From: an uncultured Leptospirales bacterium
GTDB lineage: Bacteria; Spirochaetota; UBA4802; UBA5550
DNA: 64,000 nucleotides
Direction: 5' to 3'
Assembly: GCA_964534225.1 (NCBI GenBank)
Contig: CAZHNW010000004.1
Span: forward strand, 13,135-77,134
In this document: positions 27,145 through 35,467 of the stretch, in pieces
Numbering within the stretch: position 1 is the first letter of the stretch
How the letters are laid out: every line of letters begins with the position of its first letter
Program-made: the position numbers and the translations under genes
Notes under the pieces: generated by a model
The model's input: only the letters and a program-made list of their open reading frames with translations
What the model was told of the DNA's origin: nothing
Database searches by the model: none

Positions 27145-27194
27145 TTTAAATCGCATTGAAGGCGCGAAAGCGCTTTCGCGCCTTCAATGCGATT
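27142..27194. terminator. Bidirectional intrinsic terminator (perfect ~23-bp-arm palindrome aaatcgcattgaaggcgcgaaagcg/cgctttcgcgccttcaatgcgattt)
   Basis: Seen directly in the sequence between convergent folK and panB, flanked by A/T runs on both sides. Confidence 0.8.
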
Positions 27195-27202
27195 TTATTT
27201 AT

Positions 27203-28063
27203 TCAATATTGTTCATTCTCGTTGGGGAAATCAACGGATTTCACATCGTCAATATATTTTTCCACCGCTCCCTGTATCTCGTCAAAGAGGTTCAGGTAAC
27301 GCCGCAGAAAACGGGGTGAGAATTCACTGGTAATGCCCAGCATGTCGTGGAGAACCAGTACCTGCCCGTCGACCCCGGCACCGGCGCCTATCCCGATAAT
27401 GGGAACCGAAACCTCTTTTGCCACCTCTGCTGCCAGTTTTGCCGGTATCTTTTCGAGAACAATGGAAAAGCATCCAGTCTCCTCCAGGACATGGGCGTCT
27501 TCGATCAGTTTTTTTGCCTCCGCGTCATCTTTTGCGCGTACAGAGTAGGTACCGAATTTATTTATCGACTGGGGTGTGAGTCCCAGGTGTCCCATAATGG
27601 GGATGCCCGCGGTGAGTATCCGTTCAATGGATTCTTTTATCTCACTGCCACCTTCGATTTTAATGGCGTTTGCGCCTGTTTCTTTCATGACACGGATGGC
27701 TGAATTGAGGGCCTGCCTGCTGTCCCCCTGGTATGAGCCGAAGGGGAGGTCCACCACAACCATGGCATGGTTTACGGCGCGCATTACCGACTGGGCGTGG
27801 TAGATCATATGGTCCAGGGTAATGGGCAGGGTCGATTCGTTGCCCGCCATGACATTGCTGGCGGAATCCCCCACCAGGATGACATCGATACCGGCGGCAT
27901 CAACAATTTTGGCCATGGAATAGTCGTAGGCGGTAAGCATGGATATTTTTTCTCCCGCCTTTTTCATTTCCATGAGGACTGACGTGGTGATCTTTTTCTT
28001 GTTGTCTGAAATGTAGGTGGACATGGCTGATTCCTCTTTTGCGTTTTCATAGCCCGTGCACAT
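27203..28063 (-). CDS. panB: 3-methyl-2-oxobutanoate hydroxymethyltransferase (ketopantoate hydroxymethyltransferase)
   Basis: [48 protein letters not shown] and downstream motifs are characteristic of PanB. Confidence 0.9.
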   Translation of the reverse strand: MCTGYENAKEESAMSTYISDNKKKITTSVLMEMKKAGEKISMLTAYDYSMAKIVDAAGIDVILVGDSASNVMAGNESTLPITLDHMIYHAQSVMRAVNHAMVVVDLPFGSYQGDSRQALNSAIRVMKETGANAIKIEGGSEIKESIERILTAGIPIMGHLGLTPQSINKFGTYSVRAKDDAEAKKLIEDAHVLEETGCFSIVLEKIPAKLAAEVAKEVSVPIIGIGAGAGVDGQVLVLHDMLGITSEFSPRFLRRYLNLFDEIQGAVEKYIDDVKSVDFPNENEQY

Positions 28064-28217
28064 TTTTTAAGGTGCAGGTATATTGCCTTACCTCCCCCAG
28101 CGTAGGGAATTTTTATCTATTTGCAAGTCTTTTTTAAGAGGGGCAGGGGGGGGAAGTAAAAAGGCCTGTTCCCGCGGGGGAAACAGGCCCTGTTCGTTCC
28201 AATTGAATGAGAGATTC

Positions 28218-29465
28218 TTATGCTTTAACAGGTTTTTTAACTGTAGCGATAAGAACCGCGCCTGCGAGACATGCAATACCACAGATGGTAAATGCGAGGG
28301 GGAAGTTCCCCATGTCTCCCAGCATTCCGCCCATGATGGGGCCGACGATACCACCAACACCATATGAAAGGAAAATGAAGGGGTAGTTGTTACCGACGTT
28401 CTTTGTTCCGAATGTGTCTGCTGTCATAGCGGGGAAGAGTGCAAAGTTACCGCCAAAGTTGAAACCGATAAGGGTGGCGCCGAGATAGAGAAGCGCGGGG
28501 GTCCCTGCCATTGCGGTAAAGGCGAGAACAACAATACCCTGTGTACCGGACATGATCATGATTGATGTCTTGCGGCCAAGTTTATCAGATATGGTTCCCC
28601 ATCCGATTCGTCCGAGACCGTTAGCAAGGCTGAAGAATACTGCCATTGCTGTACCGGCAACTGCACTTGCTTCGACCTGGCTGAGGCCGGCAGTGGTAAG
28701 CGCTTCCATGGGGTAGAGTTTCATGAGGCCGATAGACATGAGGCCTGCAGATGCGCCGAAGAAGAAGGTGAGCCAGATCATGTAGAACTGGGGAGTCTTC
28801 AGCATTTCGCCGCTTTCAAAGCCTGCTTCGTTGTCACCTGCTGCAGCTGCATCTTCTGCGCTGTAGCCTTCGGGTGACCAGCCTTCGGGAGGCATTTTCA
28901 TCCAGAGTCCGCCAACGATTACCATAACGGCAAAGGCGATACCATAGGCGACCCATGTGTTTGGAAGGCCGATGTTCGCGATGAGGTGTCCCCATGCGCC
29001 GGCGAGTTTTACCCATCCCATGGCGCCAAAACCGAAACCGGCAACGGCGAGACCGGTGATCATACCCTTTTTGTCAGGGAACCATCTCATACCAACGGCG
29101 ATAGGTACAACGTATCCAAAACCAATACCTGAACCGCCAACAACCCCGATAAGGATGGCAACAGGCCAGAAATCAGTACCGGCAAAGAGACCGGCAAGCA
29201 GGTAACCGCCGCCAAGAACGATACCACTGATAAAAGAAAGTTTCTGAGGTCCCCATGTGGCAAGTTTTTTGCCGGCGAAAACCATTACGATAGCGAAAAA
29301 TGCGAGGCCCAGTCCAAATACGATCTGTGTGTCTACTTTTGTCCACCCTGCTTTGGTAAGCTCAGGAGTGAAAACTGACCAGGCGTAGATAGCCCCGAGG
29401 GCAAGTTGAATCAGGATGGCGCCGACAACGGCAAGCCAGCGATTCATTACCTTTTCGTTAGACAT
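28218..29465 (-). CDS. MFS transporter, oxalate/formate antiporter (OFA) family
   Basis: 12 TM helices. The N-terminal NRWLAVVGAILIQLALGAIYAWSVF signature is typical of OFA-family MFS proteins. Confidence 0.8.
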   Translation of the reverse strand: MSNEKVMNRWLAVVGAILIQLALGAIYAWSVFTPELTKAGWTKVDTQIVFGLGLAFFAIVMVFAGKKLATWGPQKLSFISGIVLGGGYLLAGLFAGTDFWPVAILIGVVGGSGIGFGYVVPIAVGMRWFPDKKGMITGLAVAGFGFGAMGWVKLAGAWGHLIANIGLPNTWVAYGIAFAVMVIVGGLWMKMPPEGWSPEGYSAEDAAAAGDNEAGFESGEMLKTPQFYMIWLTFFFGASAGLMSIGLMKLYPMEALTTAGLSQVEASAVAGTAMAVFFSLANGLGRIGWGTISDKLGRKTSIMIMSGTQGIVVLAFTAMAGTPALLYLGATLIGFNFGGNFALFPAMTADTFGTKNVGNNYPFIFLSYGVGGIVGPIMGGMLGDMGNFPLAFTICGIACLAGAVLIATVKKPVKA

Positions 29466-29670
29466 TCGATGTCCTCCTTCTGTGTTGTAAATTCCTATAA
29501 AGACTAGTTTTTAGCTTTTACTGAAGGTAAGAAGATAAAACTATTGAAATTTTATCAAGGACATTTTGTCTCAATTTGCACAATTTGACCATTCTTTACA
29601 GTGAACGCTTCAGATCAGGCCGGGTTCTGTCGATAATGAACCGGGGATGTTTCCCCCTGGAGGCAGAAAT

Positions 29671-29839
29671 GAAGGTGGCTGAGAGCTGTGCTGCACAGGT
29701 GACCGCTCAGATTGAACAGATGAATAACATGCTGAAAATGATGACCGGAGCGGAGATGAAACTTGATGAAAAAATGATGAAGGTGACAGTGGGGGCAAAA
29801 ATAGACGGGCTTGGTGAACATATTGATATGTTTGTATAA
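29671..29839 (+). CDS. Small hypothetical protein (56 aa, Met/Lys-rich)
   Basis: Internal ATG preceded by ggagg (ccctggaggcagaaATG) and followed by a terminator hairpin. No homology is recognisable. Confidence 0.3.
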
Positions 29840-29845
29840 AAAAGA

Positions 29846-29864
29846 GGGGGCCTTTAAGGCCCCC
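29846..29864. terminator. Bidirectional terminator hairpin (gggggcc tttaa ggccccc)
   Basis: GC stem between convergent genes. On the minus strand it is followed by a T-run (tctttttt). Confidence 0.6.
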
Positions 29865-29881
29865 AGGCTTTCACAGGAGTT

Positions 29882-30253
29882 TTAGTGGGCTGATATCGCA
29901 ATTTTCTTTGGTTTTACTTCTTCGGTTTTGTTCAGTGTCAGGGTCAGTGTTCCCTCTGAGAGGGATGCGTCGATCCTGTTCCGGTCCACGTCGTTTCCAA
30001 TTCTGAACTTTCTGTAATAGTTTCCGCTGTTGCAGTCGCTATACTTCAGTGTCAGGTTTTCGGGTGTGTAGGGTTTTACACTTCCCCGAATCTCTAAACT
30101 GTCCTCTTCGAGTACTATGTCCAGGTCTTCTTTTTCGACTCCGGGCATTTCCATCAGCATTGTATAGTTTTCTTCTGTCTCGTATATGTCTGTTACGGGT
30201 GCCAGAACCCTCTCACTGTTTTCATTCCAGGTTTTTTCCAGTTCATGTCTCAT
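29882..30253 (-). CDS. Hsp20/alpha-crystallin family small heat-shock protein (3rd of tandem array)
   Basis: Alpha-crystallin domain pattern (DIYETEENYTMLMEMPGVEKEDLDIV…GTLTLTLNK). Confidence 0.85.
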   Translation of the reverse strand: MRHELEKTWNENSERVLAPVTDIYETEENYTMLMEMPGVEKEDLDIVLEEDSLEIRGSVKPYTPENLTLKYSDCNSGNYYRKFRIGNDVDRNRIDASLSEGTLTLTLNKTEEVKPKKIAISAH

Positions 30254-30266
30254 GATGCACCTCCTT

Positions 30267-30674
30267 TTAGTTTATTTCGATTTTACGGGGCCGTGCATCT
30301 TCACTTTTTGTCAGGGTGATGCTCAGAACACCGTTTTTCAGTTCAGCCCTGATTGAATCGTTGTCAACCTGGTAGGGAAGTTCAATGGAACGTGAAAATT
30401 TTCCAAAAACGCGTTCCCTTCTCAGGTAATTGCGGTTCTCTTCCTCCTGTTTTTTCTCACCGCTGATGGTAAGGGTCTTTTCTGAGAGTTCGATGTCCAG
30501 ACTCTCGCGGTCGACTCCAGGCATAATGGCCTTTACTTCAATGGTTTCAGTCCCCTCGTAGATATCCAGGGCAGGGTATCCGTTTCTTCCTGTCCTCTGG
30601 GGAACAACATTGAAGAATTCGTCGACTATTTTACCAAGATTGAGCATATCGTGTAATACTGTGTTGTGTACCAT
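30267..30674 (-). CDS. Hsp20/alpha-crystallin family small heat-shock protein (2nd of array)
   Basis: ALDIYEGTETIEVKAIMPGVDRESLDIEL…GVLSITLTK. Confidence 0.85.
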   Translation of the reverse strand: MVHNTVLHDMLNLGKIVDEFFNVVPQRTGRNGYPALDIYEGTETIEVKAIMPGVDRESLDIELSEKTLTISGEKKQEEENRNYLRRERVFGKFSRSIELPYQVDNDSIRAELKNGVLSITLTKSEDARPRKIEIN

Positions 30675-30695
30675 GGTGTCCTCCTTGCCAGTGGC

Positions 30696-31148
30696 TTAGT
30701 GTACCTCAATACTGATTTTTTTGGGTTCCGCTGATTTCTCCCGGGGGAGGGTTATCTTCAGAACGCCTTTTTTGTAATCTGCCGTGATCTTTTCTTTTTT
30801 GATACCTTCAGGAAGCGGTATGGCACGTGAAAAAGAACCATAGCTTCTTTCGGAGAGAATATAACTTCCTTCATTTTTCTCTTCTTTTCGCTCCCTGCTT
30901 TTTTCACCTTTTATGGTCAGATAGTTGTCGCGGATGGAAACATCCAGGTCTTTCTCTTCGATTCCTGGAAGTTCAGCGCGGACAACAATGCTGTTTCCTT
31001 TGTCCTCGATGTCTACTGCCGGGGAGAGTTCGCCGGCAAAGAGGCCAAAGTTGTCCATATCGAAAAAAGTGTCAAAAAGAGACGGCATGGTTCTGTTGAA
31101 TTGATCAACAGTGTTTGATTCTTTTTTTCGAGAAAGTGGGAATTTCAT
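30696..31148 (-). CDS. Hsp20/alpha-crystallin family small heat-shock protein (1st of array; start at the internal MKFPLSR Met with RBS agggagg)
   Basis: AVDIEDKGNSIVVRAELPGIEEKDLDVSI…GVLKITLPR. The listed ORF start at 31181 would overlap the CIRCE operator. Confidence 0.85.
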   Translation of the reverse strand: MKFPLSRKKESNTVDQFNRTMPSLFDTFFDMDNFGLFAGELSPAVDIEDKGNSIVVRAELPGIEEKDLDVSIRDNYLTIKGEKSRERKEEKNEGSYILSERSYGSFSRAIPLPEGIKKEKITADYKKGVLKITLPREKSAEPKKISIEVH

Positions 31149-31165
31149 GGTTGACCTCCCTTTGA

Positions 31166-31192
31166 TTATTATTGTTAGCACTCATCTTTATT
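31166..31192 (-). promoter_or_regulatory. CIRCE operator (HrcA binding site) TTAGCACTC-N9-GAGTGCTAA, perfect consensus
   Basis: ttagcactc atctttatt gagtgctaa read directly from the sequence. It lies 18 nt upstream of the first Hsp20 start and immediately downstream of a TTGACG-17-TATTAT promoter (minus strand, 31200..31228). Confidence 0.85.
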
Positions 31193-31199
31193 GAGTGCT

Positions 31200-31228
31200 A
31201 ACAATAATATAATACAAAAAAATATATT
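31200..31228 (-). promoter_or_regulatory. Sigma70-type promoter (TTGACG-17nt-TATTAT) driving the Hsp20 array
   Basis: The minus-strand sequence reads cTTGACGttcaatatatttttttgTATTATa. The predicted +1 falls at the CIRCE left arm. Confidence 0.6.
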
Positions 31229-31418
31229 GAACGTCAAGTGCCGAAAAGAAAATTGTGTAATTAATTTTAATTTTTTGCTGAATATTTGAAATAAAGGCGC
31301 TGCCTTTAAACCCCTCTCCCCCTGGGAGGGCACCATTTTGATTTTACAAATCCCCTTTGTGGGGTTGGGGGGGCACGCTACCGGCTCTGCCGGTAGTACA
31401 TGAGGAACCGGAGAGAAA

Positions 31419-32066
31419 TCAGTTGCTGTTGAACCATTCGACAGCAAATTTTACCATTTCGGTGCTGTTTTTAAAGTTCATCTTGTTTTTGATTCTGTAA
31501 CGGTATGTATCTATTGTTTTTATGCCCACCTTGAGTGTTTCAGCTATTTCGTTGCTGGTAAGGCCCTCCCCGATGAGACGAAGAACCTCCAGTTCACGGT
31601 TGGAGAGACATTTTGCCGGGTTCTGGATTTCTTTTGTTTTGTCAGGAAGCAGTTCTCCAATGTAGCGGTTTTTCATGCGCTCACTCAGGTAGACCTGGTC
31701 ATCCATTACCATGCGGATGGCGCTTACGATGGTGCCCGTCATTTCATGTTTCATGATATAGCCGCGGGCTCCGGCATTTAATGCCCTTTCGGCATAGATT
31801 GATTCGTTGTGCATGGAAAGGACCAGTATGGGGAGTTCTGGCCGAATCTCGTGGATTGTTTTTGTCAATTCCATGCCGCTGATGTTTCCTGAAAGTGAGA
31901 TGTCGACTATGACCAGATCGGGACCGGTTTCTTCAATGGCCTTGAGTCCCCTTTCCGCATCTTCCGCCTGACCGCAGATAACAAGATCATCTTCTCTGCT
32001 GAGAAGATGTTCCAGACCGTCCCGTACTATGGGGTGGTCATCAATGATTAATATATTTGTTGTCAT
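31419..32066 (-). CDS. NarL/LuxR-family response regulator (REC + LuxR HTH)
   Basis: ILIIDDHPIVRDGL…D receiver, and C-terminal LSNRELEVLRLIGEGLTSNEIAETLKVGIKTIDTYRYRI. Confidence 0.85.
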   Translation of the reverse strand: MTTNILIIDDHPIVRDGLEHLLSREDDLVICGQAEDAERGLKAIEETGPDLVIVDISLSGNISGMELTKTIHEIRPELPILVLSMHNESIYAERALNAGARGYIMKHEMTGTIVSAIRMVMDDQVYLSERMKNRYIGELLPDKTKEIQNPAKCLSNRELEVLRLIGEGLTSNEIAETLKVGIKTIDTYRYRIKNKMNFKNSTEMVKFAVEWFNSN

Positions 32067-32128
32067 ATTTTTATTATATCAAATCCTGTTTAGTTTAAAA
32101 CAATATTTTAGTGATAAAAAGTCAACAA

Positions 32129-34255
32129 TTACACTTTAAAATTACAGGAAATTTTTGTGCCTTTCCCGGGAGATGATTCGATAGAAAGATTTGCCCCGAT
32201 AAGGCGGGCACGGTAATGCATTATGTTTATGCCCATTCCTTCCCGTTTTCGCTTTTTTTTAATTCCCCGGCCATTGTCACTGATTTCGAGAACCAGCCGG
32301 GATTTATTTTGTTGCATGGAAATGGTAACCTCCGTGGCATGGGAGTGACGGATGATGTTTACCACGGATTCCTGGAGTATATAGTGCAGGTGCAGCGCTT
32401 TTTTCTGGTTATCAATAGACAGTGACGGGTCAACATTGAGGCGGCACCTGATTCCTTCCTGTTCCTCCAGCATAATGACAATTTCAGAAAGGAGGCCTTC
32501 GATACCGGTTTTTTCAAGGTCCACCGGGAAGAGTCCGTGTGCCATGCCGCGTGTGGTGGTAATGGCCTGGTTGATCTTTCTTTCAATTTCAAGGGCCTCC
32601 TCGCTTTCAGGGAGGTCAAGGTCATGAAGGTGATCGGCAAGCATCCTGCTCTTTATGGCAATATCAAGGAGTTCGTGACTCAGTCCGTCGTGAAGTTCAA
32701 TGCCGATACGTCTTCGTTCTCTTTCAGTGGAGTTGAGAATCTCCATTTCCTGTTGAAGTTCACGGGTAGTGTTGCGGCAGTTCATGACAATACCCGATAC
32801 GTCTTTCCTCTCCCCGATGAAGGGGTACATTGAAATATCGAGAAGAATACTCATTTCTTCGCTTTTTCCGAACCAGGTCATGGTGTGGATTTCATTACCT
32901 GCCAGGCAGCTGGTGAAGCTTTCCCTGATTGATGAGAGAACTCCCCCCTCTGAAAAAATAATGTCAAGGGTGAGTTCATCACGGGAAAAGGGGGCGCAGG
33001 AGAGGCCAGTATAAAAAGCGTCGTTACATGCAAGGATTTTACCCCCGGTATCAATAAAAGCCATGAGTTCTTTCGATGTGGAAACAATGTTTTCATAGAT
33101 TTTCAGTGCTTTTTCTGTTTCAACCCTTTCGGTGATTTCGCGGGAGTTGACGATTATGCCGTTGATCAGGGGATCATGGAGGAGGTTCTTAATCGAACTT
33201 TCCACGTACACCCATGAGCCGTCATTTTTCCTGATTCGATAGGTCAGCATTTCTGTGGAATTATCCTTTTTAAGGATTTTAGAAAAAGCGGCGTCTGCCT
33301 TCTCCACGTCGTCAGGGTGAATGAGTGAGTATCCTGAAATGCCAAGGAGATCATAAGGGTTATAGCCAAGCTTTTTTTCAACGTTGCCACTGATAAAGAT
33401 TCGTTTCCCCTCCCGGTCAACGATGGTGATGCCGTCGGAGCTGTTTTCCAGCATTCTGCGCAGTTTTTCTTCGCTCTCCAGGAGGGTCTGCTCTGCCAGT
33501 TTTCTTTCGGTTATGTCCCTGATAACGGCCTGGTAATATTTTAACCCCCCGGTGAGTACCGGGGTGAGAGTCATCTCCGCGGTAAAGAAGCGCCCCTTTG
33601 CTGTTTGAAAGGTCCATTCTGCGGGGTGCTTTTCCCCTTTATCTGATTCCTGTATCTGCTGTTTCATTTTCTCATGTGTTGCCAGGCCCCCGGGCTGAAC
33701 CGGGGGGGCAAAATCAACGGGATTTGTTGCTTTCATCTCTTCTTTTGTTGTTTCGAAAAGATGGCAGAGGCTCTCGTTGCAGTCCACAATACGGGCTTCA
33801 TTAAATATTGCAATGGCATCGGTGGAGGAGGTAAAGAGATTTCTGAATTTGTTTTCTGACTCGAGAAGATCCTGCTCCATCTTATGCCTGAAGGAAATAT
33901 CTTCAAGAAGGATGGAGCAGTAGAGGAGGTTATTTTCTGTGTTCCTGATGGCGGTTACTGCAAGGTCACTCCATATGATATTGTTTTTCCCGGTACACAG
34001 GGTAACTTCGATTCGGTAGCTTTCCTTGTTCCCGCGGAGGAGCTGATCCTGGTGAAATCGTATCGCCTTCTTTGTGTCCCCCTGGCAGAGATGGTAAAGG
34101 TCCATGTTTTCCAGTTGTTCATGAGTATAACCGGTAAGGTCAAGAAAGGCTTTGTTCGGCTCCAGAAAGGTCAGGTCTGCGCCGGTAAAACATATACCCA
34201 CATGGACTTTTTCGAAGAGAAGTCTCAGGGGAGTGTTTTTTTTATCCAGTATCAT
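32129..34255 (-). CDS. Multi-PAS sensor histidine kinase (HisKA_3 + HATPase_c; NarX/DegS-type partner of the LuxR regulator)
   Basis: At least three PAS-like blocks. HisKA_3 motif ERERRRIGIELHDGLSHEL. C-terminal GHKL ATPase region (DNGRGI…GMGINIM). Confidence 0.8.
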   Translation of the reverse strand: MILDKKNTPLRLLFEKVHVGICFTGADLTFLEPNKAFLDLTGYTHEQLENMDLYHLCQGDTKKAIRFHQDQLLRGNKESYRIEVTLCTGKNNIIWSDLAVTAIRNTENNLLYCSILLEDISFRHKMEQDLLESENKFRNLFTSSTDAIAIFNEARIVDCNESLCHLFETTKEEMKATNPVDFAPPVQPGGLATHEKMKQQIQESDKGEKHPAEWTFQTAKGRFFTAEMTLTPVLTGGLKYYQAVIRDITERKLAEQTLLESEEKLRRMLENSSDGITIVDREGKRIFISGNVEKKLGYNPYDLLGISGYSLIHPDDVEKADAAFSKILKKDNSTEMLTYRIRKNDGSWVYVESSIKNLLHDPLINGIIVNSREITERVETEKALKIYENIVSTSKELMAFIDTGGKILACNDAFYTGLSCAPFSRDELTLDIIFSEGGVLSSIRESFTSCLAGNEIHTMTWFGKSEEMSILLDISMYPFIGERKDVSGIVMNCRNTTRELQQEMEILNSTERERRRIGIELHDGLSHELLDIAIKSRMLADHLHDLDLPESEEALEIERKINQAITTTRGMAHGLFPVDLEKTGIEGLLSEIVIMLEEQEGIRCRLNVDPSLSIDNQKKALHLHYILQESVVNIIRHSHATEVTISMQQNKSRLVLEISDNGRGIKKKRKREGMGINIMHYRARLIGANLSIESSPGKGTKISCNFKV

Positions 34256-34683
34256 TTACCGTTTATCTCGATATCGATACTGGTGCCCGTCATCGCATTT
34301 ACAGGGCAGGCCTTCATGCAGAGGCCGCAGGCGACACATTTTTCCGGGTCAAAGACAACTTCCATGGTGGAACGGTCGATACTGAGAGCGTCAACGCGAC
34401 AGACAGCAGTACAGGCACCGCAGTGGACGCACCGTTCCTCCCGGCGGGAAATCATGTCAGCGAGTTTTCTGACCTTTACCCCTTCACCGGTGAGGTATGC
34501 GAGGGCGTCTTCGAATGCCTCTTTTTCTCCCTTCAGCTCGAGTATTATCCGCCCTTCCTGTTTAGGGTAGATCTTTGCCTCGAGGACATTGAATACGATA
34601 TCAAAGTCTTTTACGAGACGGTAGATTATGGGCTTATACATTATCTCCCTTTCGAAGACCAGGAGTACGTTTTTTGATTCCAT
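34252..34683 (-). CDS. NIL-domain / 2x[4Fe-4S] ferredoxin fusion protein (homocysteine-biosynthesis-associated; start at MESKN with RBS aaggag)
   Basis: NIL-like N-terminus (VLLVFEREIMYKPIIYRLVKDFDIVFNVLEA…ILELKG) and two CxxCxxCxxxCP clusters. Its TGA stop overlaps the kinase ATG (ATGA). Confidence 0.7.
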   Translation of the reverse strand: MESKNVLLVFEREIMYKPIIYRLVKDFDIVFNVLEAKIYPKQEGRIILELKGEKEAFEDALAYLTGEGVKVRKLADMISRREERCVHCGACTAVCRVDALSIDRSTMEVVFDPEKCVACGLCMKACPVNAMTGTSIDIEINGK

Positions 34684-34714
34684 TCTATCTGCTCCTTTCG
34701 GATCTATTGCGTTT

Positions 34715-35458
34715 TTACGTGTCTTCCGGCGGTGCCAGCTCGATTGTTCCCCTGGCGCCGATACGGTCCCTGATGATAACAAGGGCGCCGTTGATCCCTT
34801 CAACGGAAAGGGCGTAATCAAGGGCCTCTTCGATACAGTCGATGCATTTGACCCTGTTGGCCGCCTCCGTGGCAACCGCGTCGGCCAGTGCGGCGTTTTC
34901 GCCGATGATGGTCACCGCGTCAGCCCTACCACGGCTGATACTGTGGCCGAGTGTTCCTGATGAGGTGCATACCCCGCAGGGGGTCTGACCCGGGTTTAGT
35001 TTAATGGCGATACCTTCCCCGAAAAAAACACCCCCCCCGTAAACTTTCAGCAGTACCGGGGCCTTCGCGGTGATCCAGGTATCGCCCCCGTTTTCCACGA
35101 TGACTTCTTCAGAAAACTTTGCCAGTTCCCGGCCCACTGCTTCGGCGATGGCGCCCGCCACGGCAGCGAGGGGCCCTGTTCCCGCCCTGGTGCCCGCGTC
35201 AGCCATGGACCGGACAATTGCCGGCGCCCCCTCCGGTACCGGCAGGGGGGTGAGGCTGTGCAGAAATTTCTCGTCAGCCGCAATATATTTTTCGATCTCC
35301 TGCCGGGCGCGGGTAACTGTTTCTTCCGCTTTACGGGAAAGGTTTTCTGCCGCCCGTATGTAGAGGTCAGATGTATCTTTTCTGACCCTGAATGTTTTCC
35401 ATCTTACAGTGTCATTAAAGCTGCGGTAGAACCGCTGTCTCTGGTCAGGGGTGCCCAT
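34715..35458 (-). CDS. UPF0280 / COG2122 (ApbE-like) protein, homocysteine-biosynthesis-associated
   Basis: Characteristic GTRAGTGPLAAVAGAIAE…GGDTWI…TPCGVCTSSGTLGHSISRGRADAVTII block as I recall it for this family. Confidence 0.55.
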   Translation of the reverse strand: MGTPDQRQRFYRSFNDTVRWKTFRVRKDTSDLYIRAAENLSRKAEETVTRARQEIEKYIAADEKFLHSLTPLPVPEGAPAIVRSMADAGTRAGTGPLAAVAGAIAEAVGRELAKFSEEVIVENGGDTWITAKAPVLLKVYGGGVFFGEGIAIKLNPGQTPCGVCTSSGTLGHSISRGRADAVTIIGENAALADAVATEAANRVKCIDCIEEALDYALSVEGINGALVIIRDRIGARGTIELAPPEDT

Positions 35459-35467
35459 ACTTCCCCC

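Noticed and set aside
33884-34570. 228-aa plus-strand ORF antisense to the PAS histidine kinase / NIL-ferredoxin junction
   Set aside because: It overlaps two motif-supported minus-strand genes that are linked by an ATGA overlap.
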